Both the position numbers and the translations under genes were made by a program. A stretch of DNA of 61,094 nucleotides, counting the filler, from Sphacelaria rigidula (taxonomy: Eukaryota): assembly GCA_964200075.2 (NCBI GenBank). It is 9 parts of 9 records of this genome, joined end to end, with 100 filler letters (N's around TTAATTAATTAA, not from the genome) between each part and the next. Parts side by side here need not be neighbours in the genome. Positions count along the whole stretch, not along the records: positions 6,801 to 13,500 come from CAXNAA020018535.1; positions 13,601 to 20,300 come from CAXNAA020018536.1; positions 20,401 to 27,099 come from CAXNAA020018537.1; 6 more parts are not named here. One strand, 5' to 3'. Below, piece after piece: positions 11,451 through 26,021 of the stretch (its first letter is position 1; each line of letters begins with the position of its first letter). Below the pieces are notes generated by a model. It searched no databases. It was not told the DNA's origin and saw only the letters and a list, made by a program, of their open reading frames with translations.

Positions 11451-14400
11451 GCTCATCTTCCGTCGCTACAGCAGATGGCATGAAACTCACCTCCATGGCG
11501 AGCGTGGTAACTGTGCAGGACCCCTTGACGCCACTGCCAACCCACCGGGTACCACCACAGCACCAGCATCGGACCCACGGAATCATCAGTACGAACATTG
11601 GGTGCCGAGGCAACATCGCCCGTACCAACCAACGCCATCATTAAAGTGCAAACTGCTGGCGCCGCCGCCGTATCCCCTATGCGGAGTGAGAATAGGGCGG
11701 TGCCTGCACTCGACATCGGGTCGGCGGCGCCCTCCGCCACCATGACAACACTGACTGGGCCCGGCGGGGGCTACAGAGGGTACCAGCACGAGTCAGCAGT
11801 CATCACCACTGCCAACTCTTCCGTCTTCGAACCCCGTCGTTGCTGAACGGCGCAAGGGTCGTAGCGAGAGCTGCTCCTCCGCCCAGACGCACGGTATCGC
11901 GGGTGTCAGAAAAGCGAATGTTCTACATCGTATACGCGCGTGCGGTGCTGATAGATTTCCGTGAATGTGGGCAAGGATTGTTTTCATCCGATTCCAGCAT
12001 GAGCAAAGCATCGGCGGCCGCCGCTGGTGCCGGAGGGGCAGGCCGCCCTGCCGACGGAGCACCGGCTTCCGTTCGCAGGGGAGTATCCGCTACGGCCGGT
12101 GCAGCACCAGTGGCGGCCGGTGGTAGCCAATAAGGGTTGGCCACCGGCATCAAATGAACGGCGACCTCAGGCACCGGACGGCGGTGGATGAGCGCTGGCA
12201 TGGCCAACACACTGACAACCGTGAATCCCTGGACAAAACCGTGGAGAAGCTAGCAAAACAGTTCCCGCTACCTCGCCAATAAGGTGCAGGTGCATGCGTG
12301 GAGGGAGGACATCCCAGCCATCCGAGCTTGGGTTTGGGCGCGGGCGGAAATCACTAGCGCCTCCCAGTGTTGGAGAAGTTCGCCCTCCAATACTACCCAG
12401 CGTATATGGCGTTTCGGACGGGCCTACGCAAGGGCAACTTTCTACAGTAATTCGGCTGACAGGCCTCCGCCGCATGGCAGCCACACTCTGTGTGACAGGC
12501 ACGAACCACTACCAGTGACTGGTTGTTCCCCACCTGATGCATATAATTGATTAATTGAGAATCACGAATTCCCAAGGTCAGCACAATACAGTATAGTACA
12601 GTGTCACAGATTGGTACTTTTGGTCTAGAATGGGAAAGCGTCAGTTCATAGGCGCCCGAGCACCACTGTGCTCATGCGCATTCTTGCACAAACCAATCTG
12701 CACGAGTCCGATGGTACGCATATCATGTGGGGCCCGAACACCGTGCAAGTGACCACACCAACACCCGAGCAGCATCTGTGCATGCAAGACGGGCGTACTT
12801 CAGCCGAATACTAGAGTGACCTTTGATAAGCAGTCCAAACCGTTGTGTCAACAGATGGGTATCGAATCTCAAATGCTTAAAGAAGGGAGTATGACCCTTC
12901 GAATACCAGGCATAACCGAAATATAATACATGACGCCTAGTCGACTGGAACGTGACCTATCAAGCCGGAACAACAGCACAGACAGTACAACACAACACAC
13001 AGTTCTGTACAGTGCAGTACAGTACAACAAAAGTGTACAAGCAGTATAACAGCTGTAGTAGTGTTTGAGAATCACAAGACTACATGTTAAGATTCCAACC
13101 CCTGCAGGTCATTGCGCATGTTGGAGGGGGGTATAGCGATGATTTGGGGCACATCTACCTGCTGGCGCCCAGTGCGGTTCTGTTTGTACAGAAGATGTTC
13201 TGTTAACCTGTCCCGTGTGCCCCACGCCCCAATACTGACTGATGACAGCACACACAAGCCTCGAGTGAAGGGTACAAAGACACACACACACCCACCGTCC
13301 CTCTCTCTTGGTTTGGCATCGACGCTAATCCCAATCGATGTCGGAACAAACTCATGCATCTCTCCCTCTTCTGTTTGCAAGCTTCCAATGAAAAAAGACA
13401 CACACACCTTCAACCGAAATCTTGGTCGACCCGGAGTTATCTGCCTGAAATCGATTGGTGGCCATATGTGTGTTGTGTGTGTTGTCGTCCCATTTATTCT
13501 NNNNNNNNNNNNNNNNNNNNNNNNNNNNNNNNNNNNNNNNNNNNTTAATTAATTAANNNNNNNNNNNNNNNNNNNNNNNNNNNNNNNNNNNNNNNNNNNN
13601 GTGGTTTTGATTTTTCTCAAGTCTTGATTGTGCCTTTTAAAAAAATCCATAATTCTCGAGCCTTGAACAAAGATACTGTAGAACAGCAATACCAAACTTT
13701 CCTGACATAATCTGACAGCGCGCGTACGGCCGTGCCTCCCGAACTGAGCACCCCTGCAAGTGATATGTAAATAAGTTTGTTCATTATTCATTGGCTGTTC
13801 CAGTACAGATCGATGCTTGTTTGTCAGCGCAGTTGCCGCCCAGATGCGCATTATGTGGAAATTAGTGCACCACCACTTCGAGCTATGCATTAACTGGCGG
13901 GGCACGTAGTCTGGGCTGCGGGAAAGCCACATCGAGGGTTTATCCACGATATTGCCCCCAACTCGGTATTCACTCCGTTATTTTTTGTAACGGCCGGAAC
14001 GTGCCGCGCCCACTTCTGCACATGCTGCCTGCGTTCTGTCCGACCAGTGCGCAAAGTTTCACGGCGGCCACTAGTACTCCCGCCGAGAGGGAGAAATGCA
14101 CAATGTAAGTTCCTGTCCAGGAGTGTAATGGTTCTCGTATGCGGGCCGGGTACGGACATAAGCGCGGGCATTCACATATACAGCATTATACGAGCATTTA
14201 CATGTATACAGTAGTGCGGGAATTAATATACAGTAGTGCGGGAATTGACACGTAAACATCAGCGCGGGCGTTTAGATATACACTGGTTTTTATATCATGG
14301 CGTAAGACTGCAAATCATTCATGAGAACTGTGTCCCAATTTTGAACTATGGGTGCATCGTGTTGCCCTCCGTCACAAGTAGGCCATGTTTGACAAAACAA

Positions 14401-15823
14401 TACTGACTGTATGCATCAACACGATCGTACCGTACTCTAAGGGCACCGTAACGTTCTGTGTACTCGTCGTAAAGAGTAGACACCCCGTACATTTTTTTCA
14501 ACACGACCGATCCAGACGCCATCTCGCATGAGAAACATTTTCTTGACGATCATGAACAAGGAAAAGAGTTGCTCAGGACGATACAATAAATAACCAATGA
14601 TATACATGGGGCCCTTGAACGGTGGGTACTTGCCGTGAGAGCCCCTGATTGTCCTTCTACTCCCAGCGTAGGTAATGTTGTGCTGAATCGGAATCACTTC
14701 CACTTGACGAGTGACTTCTGGACCCAAAATAACCAAAGCTGGCGGCCACGAAGGGTTCACCCTTCCATCACCAGCGGAGCTTGGCTGTCCTGGGCATTAC
14801 AGTACAGTCATCATTCGAGTGGAAATGGTGACAAATCAACACAAGACTCATCTTGGCGGTCAAGGGGTCGATTGGCACTTTGGCCGCCAGGGCGTCATTT
14901 TCCAAATGGATATGTTTTTGATTAAAAAATAACAACAATCCAAACATAGCTGCCACTCGTCTTCCCCCGTTGCCCCAAGCTTACAATCTCATAACCTCCG
15001 TGACTGACCTATTTGTTCGAATCGACCGGTCTACAGTTGCCTTCACACTAGCCTCGGCTGTTCACACACTCGTTTCACACATCGCAGATCCCGCTACGCT
15101 CCGATCTTTCACTTCCCAACAGACGACCCACCCCCTGCTGCATGGCTGAAGGGTTAACCATTTGGCCCCGAGTTTGAAAGCTACGTGTCACATGTTTTCT
15201 TGGAGTCTCTCTTCCGATGTTCATGTTGGTGATTTTTTAGCTGATGATTGTGTTTGTTCTTAGTCTGGAGTCTTGTGAAAAAAATGACGAGAACTCGCAT
15301 GTCTTGTAAGGAATAGCAGGGAATATTGGAAAGACGAGCCCACGTCTGCGACCACGGGTTCGAGAAATCGGACAGATGTGCGAAGATAATAGTACGAGTA
15401 AATATCCGTCGAAAGCGTGAAAACGTGAAAAGAGATGGGTGAATTCAATGACACCACGGACCCGTCCAGAGAGGATTTACCATGTGACAAGGGGGAAGGA
15501 AAGCTCGTGTGCCGAAAATACACTATAAATAGGTGTAGTACAACACGCGCCAAACTATGCGCCAGGAGTAAAGTAGCGGCGATTTTACCACGTATGATAG
15601 CACCGATAAGACGATGAAATATCTAGGAGGGAATGCTTTGCAGCGTGACGCTACCCACTGGGTTGGCGGCATCTGCATGCACGAGTCTCACACTCCCACT
15701 TCGTCTCGTTCTGTTGCCATCCCATCTATTCTCGGCATCAGTCTACAGTGCATCTTCCGGTTCATGCGGGCACACCGACCAGAGCTTTCTTGTCGTCATT
15801 TTTTTCTTGTCCTCCGGTCGCCC

Positions 15824-16040
15824 CGCCCCGGTGGCTCAGTTCGTGACCTCGACATCTTCTGACGGTTGGGTCGTGGGTTCAAATCTCGAGGCGACCTGGA
15901 ATTTTTCTCACACAATACCCAACAGTGGAGAGCGACTGGGTCGTGGGTACACAAAATTCGACTTTCTGGTAGACGAGGGAAAGGGACTGCTGAACCCCTC
16001 TCGCGATCGAAAATAAAGGCAAGCACTGCAGGAGAAAGTT
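15824..16040 (+). mobile_element. tRNA-derived SINE family 1, 3'-truncated
   Basis: TGGCTCAGTTCG / GGTTCAAATC boxes and the CAACAGTGGAGAGCG...GGGTACACAAAATTCGAC body shared with 2219. Confidence 0.85.
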
Positions 16041-17042
16041 GTCGTGCCGGAAAGAATCGCCAGCACTATCCTCTGTAGTCCACCACTTTTGCTTGCAAAT
16101 CACGTAAGTATACGGTGTATATTGCGCCGGATACATGTCACCAAAAAGGGTCCCGCAATAATACCGTTCCGAAAAGAGGCCTGGCGGCACACGTGTTGCT
16201 ACGTGTACCGTAGTGCGTGCACAAAGTACAAGAAGGCGCACCACCTGGTGAGCGTGCGGGACTCGTGCATGAGGATAGCGTCGAGCCAGTAGGTAACGTC
16301 GTGCTGAGCTGGCGCCGAAATATTGCATTGTCCCATCAAAGCTGTCATACCGGGCAGAACCTCCCGACACATTCCTTCTCCTGGCGAAAATTCGGGCGCG
16401 GGCCGTACTTTAACCGTTACTGTATACAGATAGTTGTGCCAAGATCTCCTCGCCCGCAGCAAACAACCACCCACGGCTCTGTCGCAGGTCGTTGACATAT
16501 ACACGCGCATGTTTTTGTAAGCGGAGGAACATACGAGACACGCAGACGGTTTCTCCATACCTACGGACGCCCTCCCATCCTCCATCATGTGCAAACCAGC
16601 TTGCTATCCAGAACGGCTGTGGCAATAAGGCCATGACCAGTGACAGACGAGCTGACAAGCTGACCCGATATCTATAGTATGGCGATACAAGGGCAGCGGG
16701 GAGTGGAACATGTCGGGGGCATTGTGGGACATGATGTGGAATGTATACTGGACCCCATATGTTTCTTACTACAGTACTTTTTGTCTGTATTTGGAATCTT
16801 GTCTGTCTTTCCACAAGCGGCTGTCACGGTCAGTCGTTCAACGGATGGATACCTGCAATTAATCCGCAGACGAGATCAGGAGGTCGCATGGAGCAACTCA
16901 TCACTACTACTACAGCTACATTTAGATCATCATCTGGCCGTCGACCGAGCCATGTCTGTTTCAACCCCCTACCATCCCACAATCCAACCGATCATCACTC
17001 GTTCTACAAACCGTCGGCCTGGTTTTTCTGTAGATCAGAAAG

Positions 17043-19186
17043 ATGACAGTCTTCCAGACCGTCTTGAGCGTCTTGGTCTTACTTTTGGCAGCTGCGGCAA
17101 GGGGCACGCTAGGGCACTCTGAAGAAGACCTCACCACCGACGCAATGAGCTGCGACGAAGTGCTAATGTCCAGATACGACAATCATGAACCGCTGAACGT
17201 GTTCCTGCCCGACAACCTCAGCTGCCAAGACACTAAAGTGCGCGGATCCTCTTTTGTTTTTCATTATAGTATTTAGAAGATATCCAGCGGGCATAGCAGG
17301 ATCGAACTTGCTCGATTGTGTGTGAGTCCAAGTTTCGTCGGGACTGCCGTGTATCGTTCGGTGTTTAAGCACCACGGGCGAAAGTCGCCAAGAGACGAGC
17401 ATCCCCGTGCTCGTGACCAGATAGAATTGCTGTTTGCATGTTGTCAGCAGTTTGGTTTGCTTGGTAGAGCTCCAATCCAACGTCTTGTGCTCCCCAGACA
17501 GTGTGTTGATGGATGGATCCTGCCCTTTTTGTCGCTCTATCCGTTGTGCATGAAGTCATTATTATGTCTATCTTGTCTCTTGAGACGAAGGGCGGACCTC
17601 ACACGTGGTACAGCTGAGATATGGCCGATGCTTCAGCAGTCAGCCTGACCAGAGTTGAGCGAGAGGAACGACCGTGCACCGTGTATCGTGCACCGCTAAG
17701 CGAGCGTGTAAAATAAGCCAAGCGCATGCATCGCGGCGCGCTGTACTAAACATATCCAATCCATTCGTGGTCCAGATTGAGTTGGGTGTGACTCCGTGTA
17801 ATGAGATGTCACGGGGTCAATATTTTCTGGAGGGATACCCACGTGTGTTTTTGCGCGATGCAGACGAGCTCATCGCGTCTTCTGTACCTCCTGCCTGCGG
17901 CCTCCCGTGAAAGCATGATTGACAACGAGCAAGCATGCTGGTGTTGCATGCTATGCTGTGTTTTGTTAGGCCTTGCTTCAAGCGTCGCGCTCCTCATCGC
18001 GGCGCTCTTGTGGGGGGGTACGCTACTGAGGAGGACCGCGTGCTTTTTGGACTGCATCGTTGTTCAAAACGAACAACCCAGGATCGACATTTTTCAACGT
18101 CGATCAGACCAGTCCCTGCGGGAACCGCGCCCATGACCGCAACCCCAACACCAACCATAGGCGGTCAAACTCCGATGCGGTCCAAAAGCACGCGGTCCTC
18201 CCACACATCACAGGGGTGTATCGTTTTCTGTAAGCGACCGTCATTTTTCTCTGCTGCTGGCCCGCTCCGCCCCGTGTGTTTCTTGTTGTTTTGAACCCCA
18301 TGACCGCCAGGGGAGGTAATCTGTTGGACCGCAATCACATTCGCTTGGAAAATTCCTTCGTTGCCCAGATGACCCACCCTCGTAATCCAAGGGTTGACGC
18401 GCTTGAATATCTATTGTCGGAAGCAAGCGATGCGACAGGGCCATTCCAATACTACCGTACGAGGGCATCTCCAAATGCAGTGACAGCAGATCAGCCGACC
18501 GCGGATCCAGAGTTTTTTTTGCCCTGTGGATCCTGTTGGATCTTTGGATAAAGTACAGCACAGGACAGGGCAGCACAGCCCAGGACAGCACAGTACAAAA
18601 TAAGAGATGAACTCTTGGTGAGGATCCGAGGATCCGTCATGATCCGCAAGGCGTTCAAATGTCGAAGATGTTGACGGTTGTTGTTTTTGCAACGTGCAGA
18701 TGCGAGGAACAAGGAACAGAGACGGCAACTGCACGCGGTACAGACACCAGCGCAGAGATGCGTTTATTTTCGCCCTGCTCGGTAGCTGCAGCGAGTCGTG
18801 GCTGGAAGCGCTAATGCGCGCGACGTGCCTGCCTGCTGATTTGTGCATTTTTCGTCCCCGCATTGCGCGCATTGTTTACAGAAGCAGCAAAATGGCATCA
18901 AGAAAATGCGTCCGCCCCGCACATATATGGAAAAGATGCGCATACTCACATCCTTTCCCCTTGCCTCTGCCTCCTCTGCGTGCACCTTTTTTCCATGTCG
19001 TGTGTTGACTGATGCCCGGCTCCCGCGGGCGGGGTAACAAACGAGCAGGTCGTGCGCTTCGCTGGCACCGCGCGAGTGACAATTTTTGTTGATGATGCTC
19101 ACTTCGACAAGCTGCACTTCGAGGTGGAGCCGCAAGCGTCGCTACGGATCCTGAGTCGAGTAACTTTACTCTTCAACCGCGCCAAG
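17043..19186 (+). CDS. Secreted or surface protein of unknown function, 5' part (possibly brown-algal adhesin/polymorphic-membrane-protein-like); 2 exons
   Basis: Exon 17043-17237 starts at ATG with a signal-peptide-like MTVFQTVLSVLVLLLAAAARG and ends at a GT donor in phase 0. Exon 19049-19186 (VVRFAGTARVTIFVDDAHFDKLHFEVEPQASLRILSRVTLLFNRAK) is bounded by CAG/GTCAGT in phase 0. The family call is inference only. Confidence 0.65.
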
Positions 19187-20402
19187 GTCAGTCAGTCAGT
19201 CGGCCGATCAGTCAGTCGTTTTCGGACGCGGCAACCCTCAAGTACAGAGGAAATAACTCACGGTGAACACCGGTGCGCAAGTGCGTTGTCCATACCTGTA
19301 CTGAGCTCTCGTCACGGTGTCTGGGTTCACGCGGCGGTGTCATGCTTTTTCCACGAGGGAGTGTGTGCATGTTGCTGCACGTATCTTGGGCACGTAAGAC
19401 TGACTGTGGAGTACGGCACTGCTGTACTGTGTGGGCTGTGGTGGCACCTGTTGCTCGGCGCTGTTGTAGCGCTTGATTTCAGTTGGACTCGAGGAAAAAC
19501 ACAGCTGATGGGAACAGTAGATCAACCTCCATCCTCTGCTGTCTGCGTCGTTCTTTTCTTTTGGTCAGGGATCCGACATCCCGATCTTCGCTGTGCAGGG
19601 TACCCTGTCTTTGGTTGCTGTCGCCGCCGCGACCATGGAAGTGGAGAGCGGAAGCCCGGTAAGCAGGAACGCTGTTGTAAATGCCATGAAACACGATTGC
19701 TGGAGAGGAATGCAACGCGAAATGATGCATTCGCCCTTCCGTTTGGAACTGATTCTCGGTTGCGCCTTGGATGTCCCTTGTAAGGTTGTGAGGCATAATT
19801 GATAAAGGAGTATAGCCATGCGCTCTTGTCCACAAAGACCAAAGCGCGCGGCTGACTTGCATTCTGCGCATTTGTATATGGTGAGGGTTGCTCCAAGTAG
19901 CGCGGCGCATGAAGCGACTGTATCTTGTTATCCACGCACGTGACATGTACGCACAAACTTCAGTTCGCAAGTGATGTTGTCACGCAGTGCTTTCGTGATC
20001 ATCCCCAGGACTCACAGCGTGGTGATGGCAAACTGCGACGTGATGCTACTGTCTGTAGTGTCCGTGTACACTGCGCTGCCCAATTCTTGTCAATGCCGAT
20101 AACAAATGAAAAATGACCAAATACTCAGGAGTGCCCGAAAAAACAAAATGCGAGGCCCTATCGAGAGTGCCCAAAAAAGACTCCGAGACCCTATGTACCC
20201 CCCCCCCTCCACCTCCAGCGGTCGTAGGATTTTTCTTTTTCACATTAAAAAACACTCAATAAATAGCCATTTTAGGGCGACCTGAGTGACGTAGCGCCCA
20301 NNNNNNNNNNNNNNNNNNNNNNNNNNNNNNNNNNNNNNNNNNNNTTAATTAATTAANNNNNNNNNNNNNNNNNNNNNNNNNNNNNNNNNNNNNNNNNNNN
20401 CG

Positions 20403-20522
20403 TTCTCACGCTTTCCACGGTGGAAATGATACATCACGAAGGAAAAACCCAACGCATCGGGAATCGAACCCCCGTTCTCTCCACCCTAACGACGACAGTC
20501 GGACCATTACACCACCGGGCGC
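20403..20522 (-). mobile_element. tRNA-derived SINE family 2 head, cut by the contig end
   Basis: Minus strand GCCCGGTGGTGTAATGG...GGTTCGATTCCCGATGCG followed by ATTTCCACCGTGGAAAGCGTGAG, shared with 36565-36681. Confidence 0.75.
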
Positions 20523-21728
20523 GGCGGTATTGCGACGGGAAAATATCGACATCGACTGATGCGCGCAAATTTCGGGCAATAATCGGTGTTCGCTCAAAAA
20601 GCCGCAGCCGACTGTGTCCCAGTGATTACTCTTACTCAACCCTACATTTGTCGTCACTTTGCGCATCACCCACTACAGAATCGGAATTTGGCATCCCCCG
20701 TGTTTTATGAGTGTCGCACCGCTGCTTTAGTAGGTTCTGCGGCTACATGTACATAACCTTTCACACATTAGAATTCCGTGGGAGCCCACGAGTGATGCCA
20801 TAGCCCCCCCCCCCCCCATCCCACCCCCCATCCCACCCCCCAGAAAAATAGCTGGTTTGATCAGGCAAAATCTACATGTAAACCAAAATGACGAAGGCCG
20901 AGCACACCGAGCAGCTGGGAACTACCGTGCTTGGGGTCGTTTTCGCCAATGTCGCCCATATGAGGGGCTTGAAGTCTGAAACCAGCTGTCATGCGCTGCA
21001 CCGCCTCTGTCTTCGTGAGAGTTTTGGGGGTGTGGTTCAGGGAGGGGTGGAAGGGCTATCGCAGCATCATTCCCAGGAGAATTTTCACGAGCTCGCGCGA
21101 CCTCACAAGGCAACATTTCGTTCAGTTGAAAGTAGAGTGCTGACTGCCCAGCCTTTTGTTCGTATGAAATTAGAGTACGTTCGTTTTCCCGTCGAGCTCG
21201 GACAAGTGCACCACGTCTCGTCAGGAAGCAGATATAATCAGGAGCGGCCAGTGCTGCTTTGTCTTCGCTGCTGTTCTGCATATGCCGTGCTGCTGTCGTT
21301 TGTGACTGCATGCAGGTAATGTCTGCTGCAGCTGTACATACCGTCTGTACTGTTGCGCAGCGGCATACTGGCTGCATTGGACTGTCTGTTGCTGCATCGT
21401 GCACACGTTTGATTTCCCCGGTTTTGTTCACCTGATTTGAGTACCCCTCGAAGTGTGAGGAAGGTGTATCGCTAGGGTAGACAGAGACCTACGGGTAAGA
21501 CTGTCGTTGGAGATGTCGTCCTGATGCCGAAGGAACTCCTAGGCGGGGCGATGATTTACTCTGGTGTTCTGTAGGCAAGAAGGGGGTCCAATTGTAAAAG
21601 TGATCCGCCGTGAAGTGGACCCTTTTCCTCGGGGGATGTTCGGCCACCGCGATACCGAGCTCTTCCTGGCATCACCCCGAGTTGTCTAGTATCGTTGGCT
21701 TTACAGGGTCCTCGTATTCTGATCCTTT

Positions 21729-21984
21729 CACGGTTAGGACGAATCATCACGACTTCGCATAGCCAGATCCACGATTTCTCCGGCCTGATGGCCCAAAAGG
21801 GAGAAAAAAGTTGACCGCTAGTCCAAGGGGTATCCACGCAACTTTTGCGCCATTCCACGCGTCTGGGCTGCGTGTACCTGGGTTGCAACGCTGAAAACAA
21901 AGCCTAGGGATTGATTCGTACGAGTCGAATCGACTACACTTGAACCAATTAGTTTCAGACGAATCATTATTTGTCCAACCCTTG
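21729..21984. mobile_element. hAT-type MITE family A, copy 2 (256 bp)
   Basis: TIRs CACGGTTAGGACGAAT / ATTTGTCCAACCCTTG and a perfect 8-bp TSD GATCCTTT (21721-21728, 21985-21992). Confidence 0.9.
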
Positions 21985-22315
21985 GATCCTTTCGGACCGT
22001 TCCTACCCCGTACCTGCATGCGCTTGTTGTTGAAACATGTGTGGCATCAATCTCTGATGTGTCTCTGCAAAGAGATATCTTCCACGAAAGCCCGTTTGGT
22101 ACATTCGTTTTTCAGTCGTTGTCAGCCGCGTGCTCATGTGAATCATGTCGACGTACTGTACCTGTATCTCTTCAAAGCATTCTTTGTGGTAATTACTTAG
22201 TCAGTGCAGCTTCACATCGACGAAAGCTCATGGCTATTCGAAATACAAGCACTTGTATGTCGTCTCGTACGGACCACTTCGTCTGGACACATCTTTCGCC
22301 GCCCGCATGACGGGG

Positions 22316-22360
<45 letters not shown>
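22316..22360. repeat. (CT)n microsatellite
   Basis: Direct CT run. Confidence 0.95.
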
Positions 22361-22363
<3 letters not shown>

Positions 22364-23184
22364 GACACAGGGACACACCGGACACCACAACACACTGCCA
22401 TATCACCGTATATTTCATGTCGTGTACTGAGCATCAGTTATGGGTGGGAATGGGGCCCGATCTAGGCTATTATGTTTCGGGAAAATGGATCACGAACGTT
22501 ACATGCGTAAGAACTGGACCGTGATCTGACGAACCATCTCAATAAAAAATACACGCGTCACCTAAAAACAACGACCTGACTCATATGAACTATACATGAA
22601 CATGGTACGTATCTTCAAGCCTGTGAGTGTTCGGTGTTGAGATGGTGTTGTACCTCCGGATAACTCGCTCCAGATCAGTAGATGAAAACTCTTGGTGCAC
22701 TAGTGTTCAGCTGCTGTACTACTCGGGAAGCGCACGCCCCCGAGCTGCAACCCCACGTTCACCACCATTGCGAAAATAACAAGACAAGAAGACGAACAGC
22801 AGCGGTGGTGGCCGCCACACACCAACCTAGCTGCAGTGAAAGGCGTGCCTGACATCGTGCTAGATCGAGGAAGTACGGAAGTTTGGATAGCATGAGCAAG
22901 CAGCGTCGATCATGGGGGAAGTACTGAGGGCGATGTTGGTGTTGACGATCAAGAGTTTCACCCTGTGCAGATTGGCTGCGCGCTTCATGTCCTACACATA
23001 GCTGTGACTGCGGGATTGGACCCACGAGACTTTGGCCTGGATTACCGCGGAAGTACCTCGCGGTACGAGGACCACGGACATTGCAATTGTATGTTTGTTG
23101 AATGTTCAGTTCGGTAAATATGCAAGAAATAGAGAGGATTCGGTGACACGGGAGGCTGGGGTTCCAATTCTGTAGTGTCTTGAC

Positions 23185-23332
23185 GATTCAACGAGGAACA
23201 CTCTACTTTGCTGCAATGCAACAGGGATTGGACGAGGGACACTCTACTTTTTGCCATGTACTAGGGATTGGACGAGGAACACTCTACTTTGTTGCCATGT
23301 AATAAGGATTGGACGAGGAACACTCCACTTTC
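23185..23332. repeat. Minisatellite, about 4 copies of ~39-40 bp
   Basis: GGATTGGACGAGGAACACTCTACTTT..GCCATGTA repeated in tandem. Confidence 0.9.
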
Positions 23333-23530
23333 ATGTATTCGTCAATTATATAGGAATCGTTGTGCTGAGCGTGTCGGTCGAAACCGCCGAAAACCTTGTA
23401 TATATTGTCGACTACTTCATTTGACGAGTTCACAGGATATTTTCCCCCTCACCGAAGTCGTTGATGTCCTTGCTCCTTCGTGCACGCGTTCGCTTCGTGA
23501 CGTGACTCGCACGCGACAACTGCGACGCAG

Positions 23531-25986
23531 GAGCGCATCCTCAAGGGGGAGTACGGTGCCGAGGGGGAACACTTCACGTACTCGTACGGCTTGGTGTTCA
23601 TGAACCGTTTCCTGGGGCTGATTTTTTCGGGCGTCATGCTCCACTACACCAAACCCAAGTGGTGAGTTTTTGCGGGGTTTGTGTGCCCGTTTTCAGCTCG
23701 CCATCGTACACGTCCTTTGCCCTCCCGTTTGCTTCTGGTTGTATACTTCGAAGTATTGTTTGTATTTCGTTTTTTACGTGCGGGTATGAGTGTAGTTCTG
23801 CGCAAGACCTTTCACACCGAAGTCATGTGGCAAAGGCCAGCTGGCCATTTTTTTCTTAGTCTACTCTGTTGTTCTGTTCTACTTTTTCTGTTTCTTATTT
23901 TTTCTTCAGCGAGTGCTCAAGTTCTGTTTAGTCTAGGGTACGTACGTCTATCATGTGGATAATGACCACGGCTGGATCATGACTCCTGGAGGATAAGTTG
24001 AAGCGCGACAAAAAATAAAATAAAATAATCAAATCAAACCAATTCAAACAATCAAATTTGGTTTTGGTTCTCAGTTTCCTTCAGCGAGCGTTTTGTTCTG
24101 TTCACCTCGGGTGCATCTATCTTGTGACCGTCGGAGAACAGCCAACGTGCGACAATCAGTCAGTCAAATCAATCAATTAGTCCAACACACATCCAGGGAT
24201 TTACATCTGTCGTGTGTTGTGTGCGATGAGCTTCGGCCGCAGCGTGCCCAGCTTAGTGCTGGAGCAAGCCGTAATTGAAGGGGTGTTTGCTCTCGTTGTG
24301 ATGCGTTCGTGGCACAGATCAAGTGAAGAACATGAATTTCTCGTTTTCTTTTATCTTTTCGTTCTTGTCGTACAAACAATTTGAGATTCTCAAGTCTTGA
24401 GGTCAAGAGATCTTACTATCAAGACTTTTTTTTCGTTTTTTTTTTTCGTTTTTTTTCTCAGTTTCTTTTTTTTTTCCGGAGAATTGGGGTATATATAATA
24501 CATAACACATATACATTTTCCTGAATTCTACGAAGACGATATTGCTGAAAAATATACGACGCTACATACTCGGAGAAATATGTAGTATTCAGCCTTTGAT
24601 TGATCTACTGCCCCCCATGGATCCAGTCGTGAGTTTTTACGGAGTATTTGGCACGCCGGTCACGGTACTTGCCTTTCGTTTTGGTCTCGCGGGGAGGGTG
24701 CAGCCTTCCCAACCCATTTTGGCCGCTATCTTCAATCCGTCGTATCTGGCACCTACCCGCACGGGTCTCATGTCCATCAACGTGCTTTTCGTGTCAATGC
24801 TCCAACTTCGCGCAAAATTCTGCGGCTGCGGGAGTGAGAGAGGATCGTGGCACAGAGTAAAACTCCGCAGCTGCAGGGTTGAGTTTTGAGTTTGGCACTT
24901 CCGGCATGGCTCGGTGCCTAGACTGTTTGCTGCACCACCGCCGACACAGAAGGCAGACCGCGATAATTATGTCTTCACCCCCTCCTACGCGTTGGTTTAG
25001 TCGTTTGGTTCTTGGTTGAACTTGGTCAGCTTACCCCGACAAGACCATCCACAGTCGGGCGGTGGCCGAGGGTAGGAGGGGAGTCATAGTGTTCGGAGAC
25101 TACGTACATCTCTCTCTCTATATATATATATGTGAAACATTCGGAGACTTGCGGGGGAAAAGTAGACCCGCAAGTATGACCCCCAAGTAGACGTCGTGGT
25201 CGCTGTGATGCGTTTTTTTCGCGTCTCATTTTTTCATCTTCATTTCTTCATTTCTTTATTTTTTCATCGTTGTTGTTTTGCACGTGCGTGCTGCTGCGTT
25301 TTATCATGTTCGGTCAGGTCTAAGGCTCTGGCGTACGAGTACTCTTTTCCTGCGGTGTCCAACATGTTGAGCTCGTGGTGCCAGTACGAGGCGCTCAAGT
25401 ATGTCACCTTCCCCACACAGGTGAAGGAACATGATCAGATATGGGGCGTCGTGTATCTCAAAACTTCGAGAGTTTTATTTTTATTTTTGTCCACACATGC
25501 TTTCCAAAGATGCAAATATTTGTCGTGTGCCTACAAGCGTGTTAGTAGGTAACTCTTCTAAGTACTATGTTTGAACACGATACGATGTCGCATCGCAAGC
25601 AAGCTTTAAGAGGTTTGACACGTGAAGCAAGGCCGTTGCAATCTCGAAAGAGGCGTTCTCGATATCCCTTGGGCGCTTTTCCCTGACGTTTCTTAGTCCG
25701 GGTAACTCTGTCTGAAGTAATTGCTGACTGATGACGGTGCTCGTATAAAGCTAGTGTTTGGGTTCACAGAAGGCATGAGTGGAGAGTTCACAATTCTTTC
25801 TCTGACCGTGATGTGACAAGCTGCGCGGATGATCATCACATTCTCGCACGATGGAGTGTTGAGGTACAGCTCGCACCAAGTCTCCTTATCATTCGTTTTT
25901 TACACTTGTATAAGGCGATGGTACACTTGGATTTAATGGACATAACGGGTTCGAGAGATCTAGCTAATGTGACGAACATAATAATG

Positions 25987-26021
<35 letters not shown>

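Noticed and set aside
23185..23332. 39-40-bp repeat as a CRISPR array
   Set aside because: The units are contiguous with no unique spacers, so this is an ordinary intronic minisatellite.
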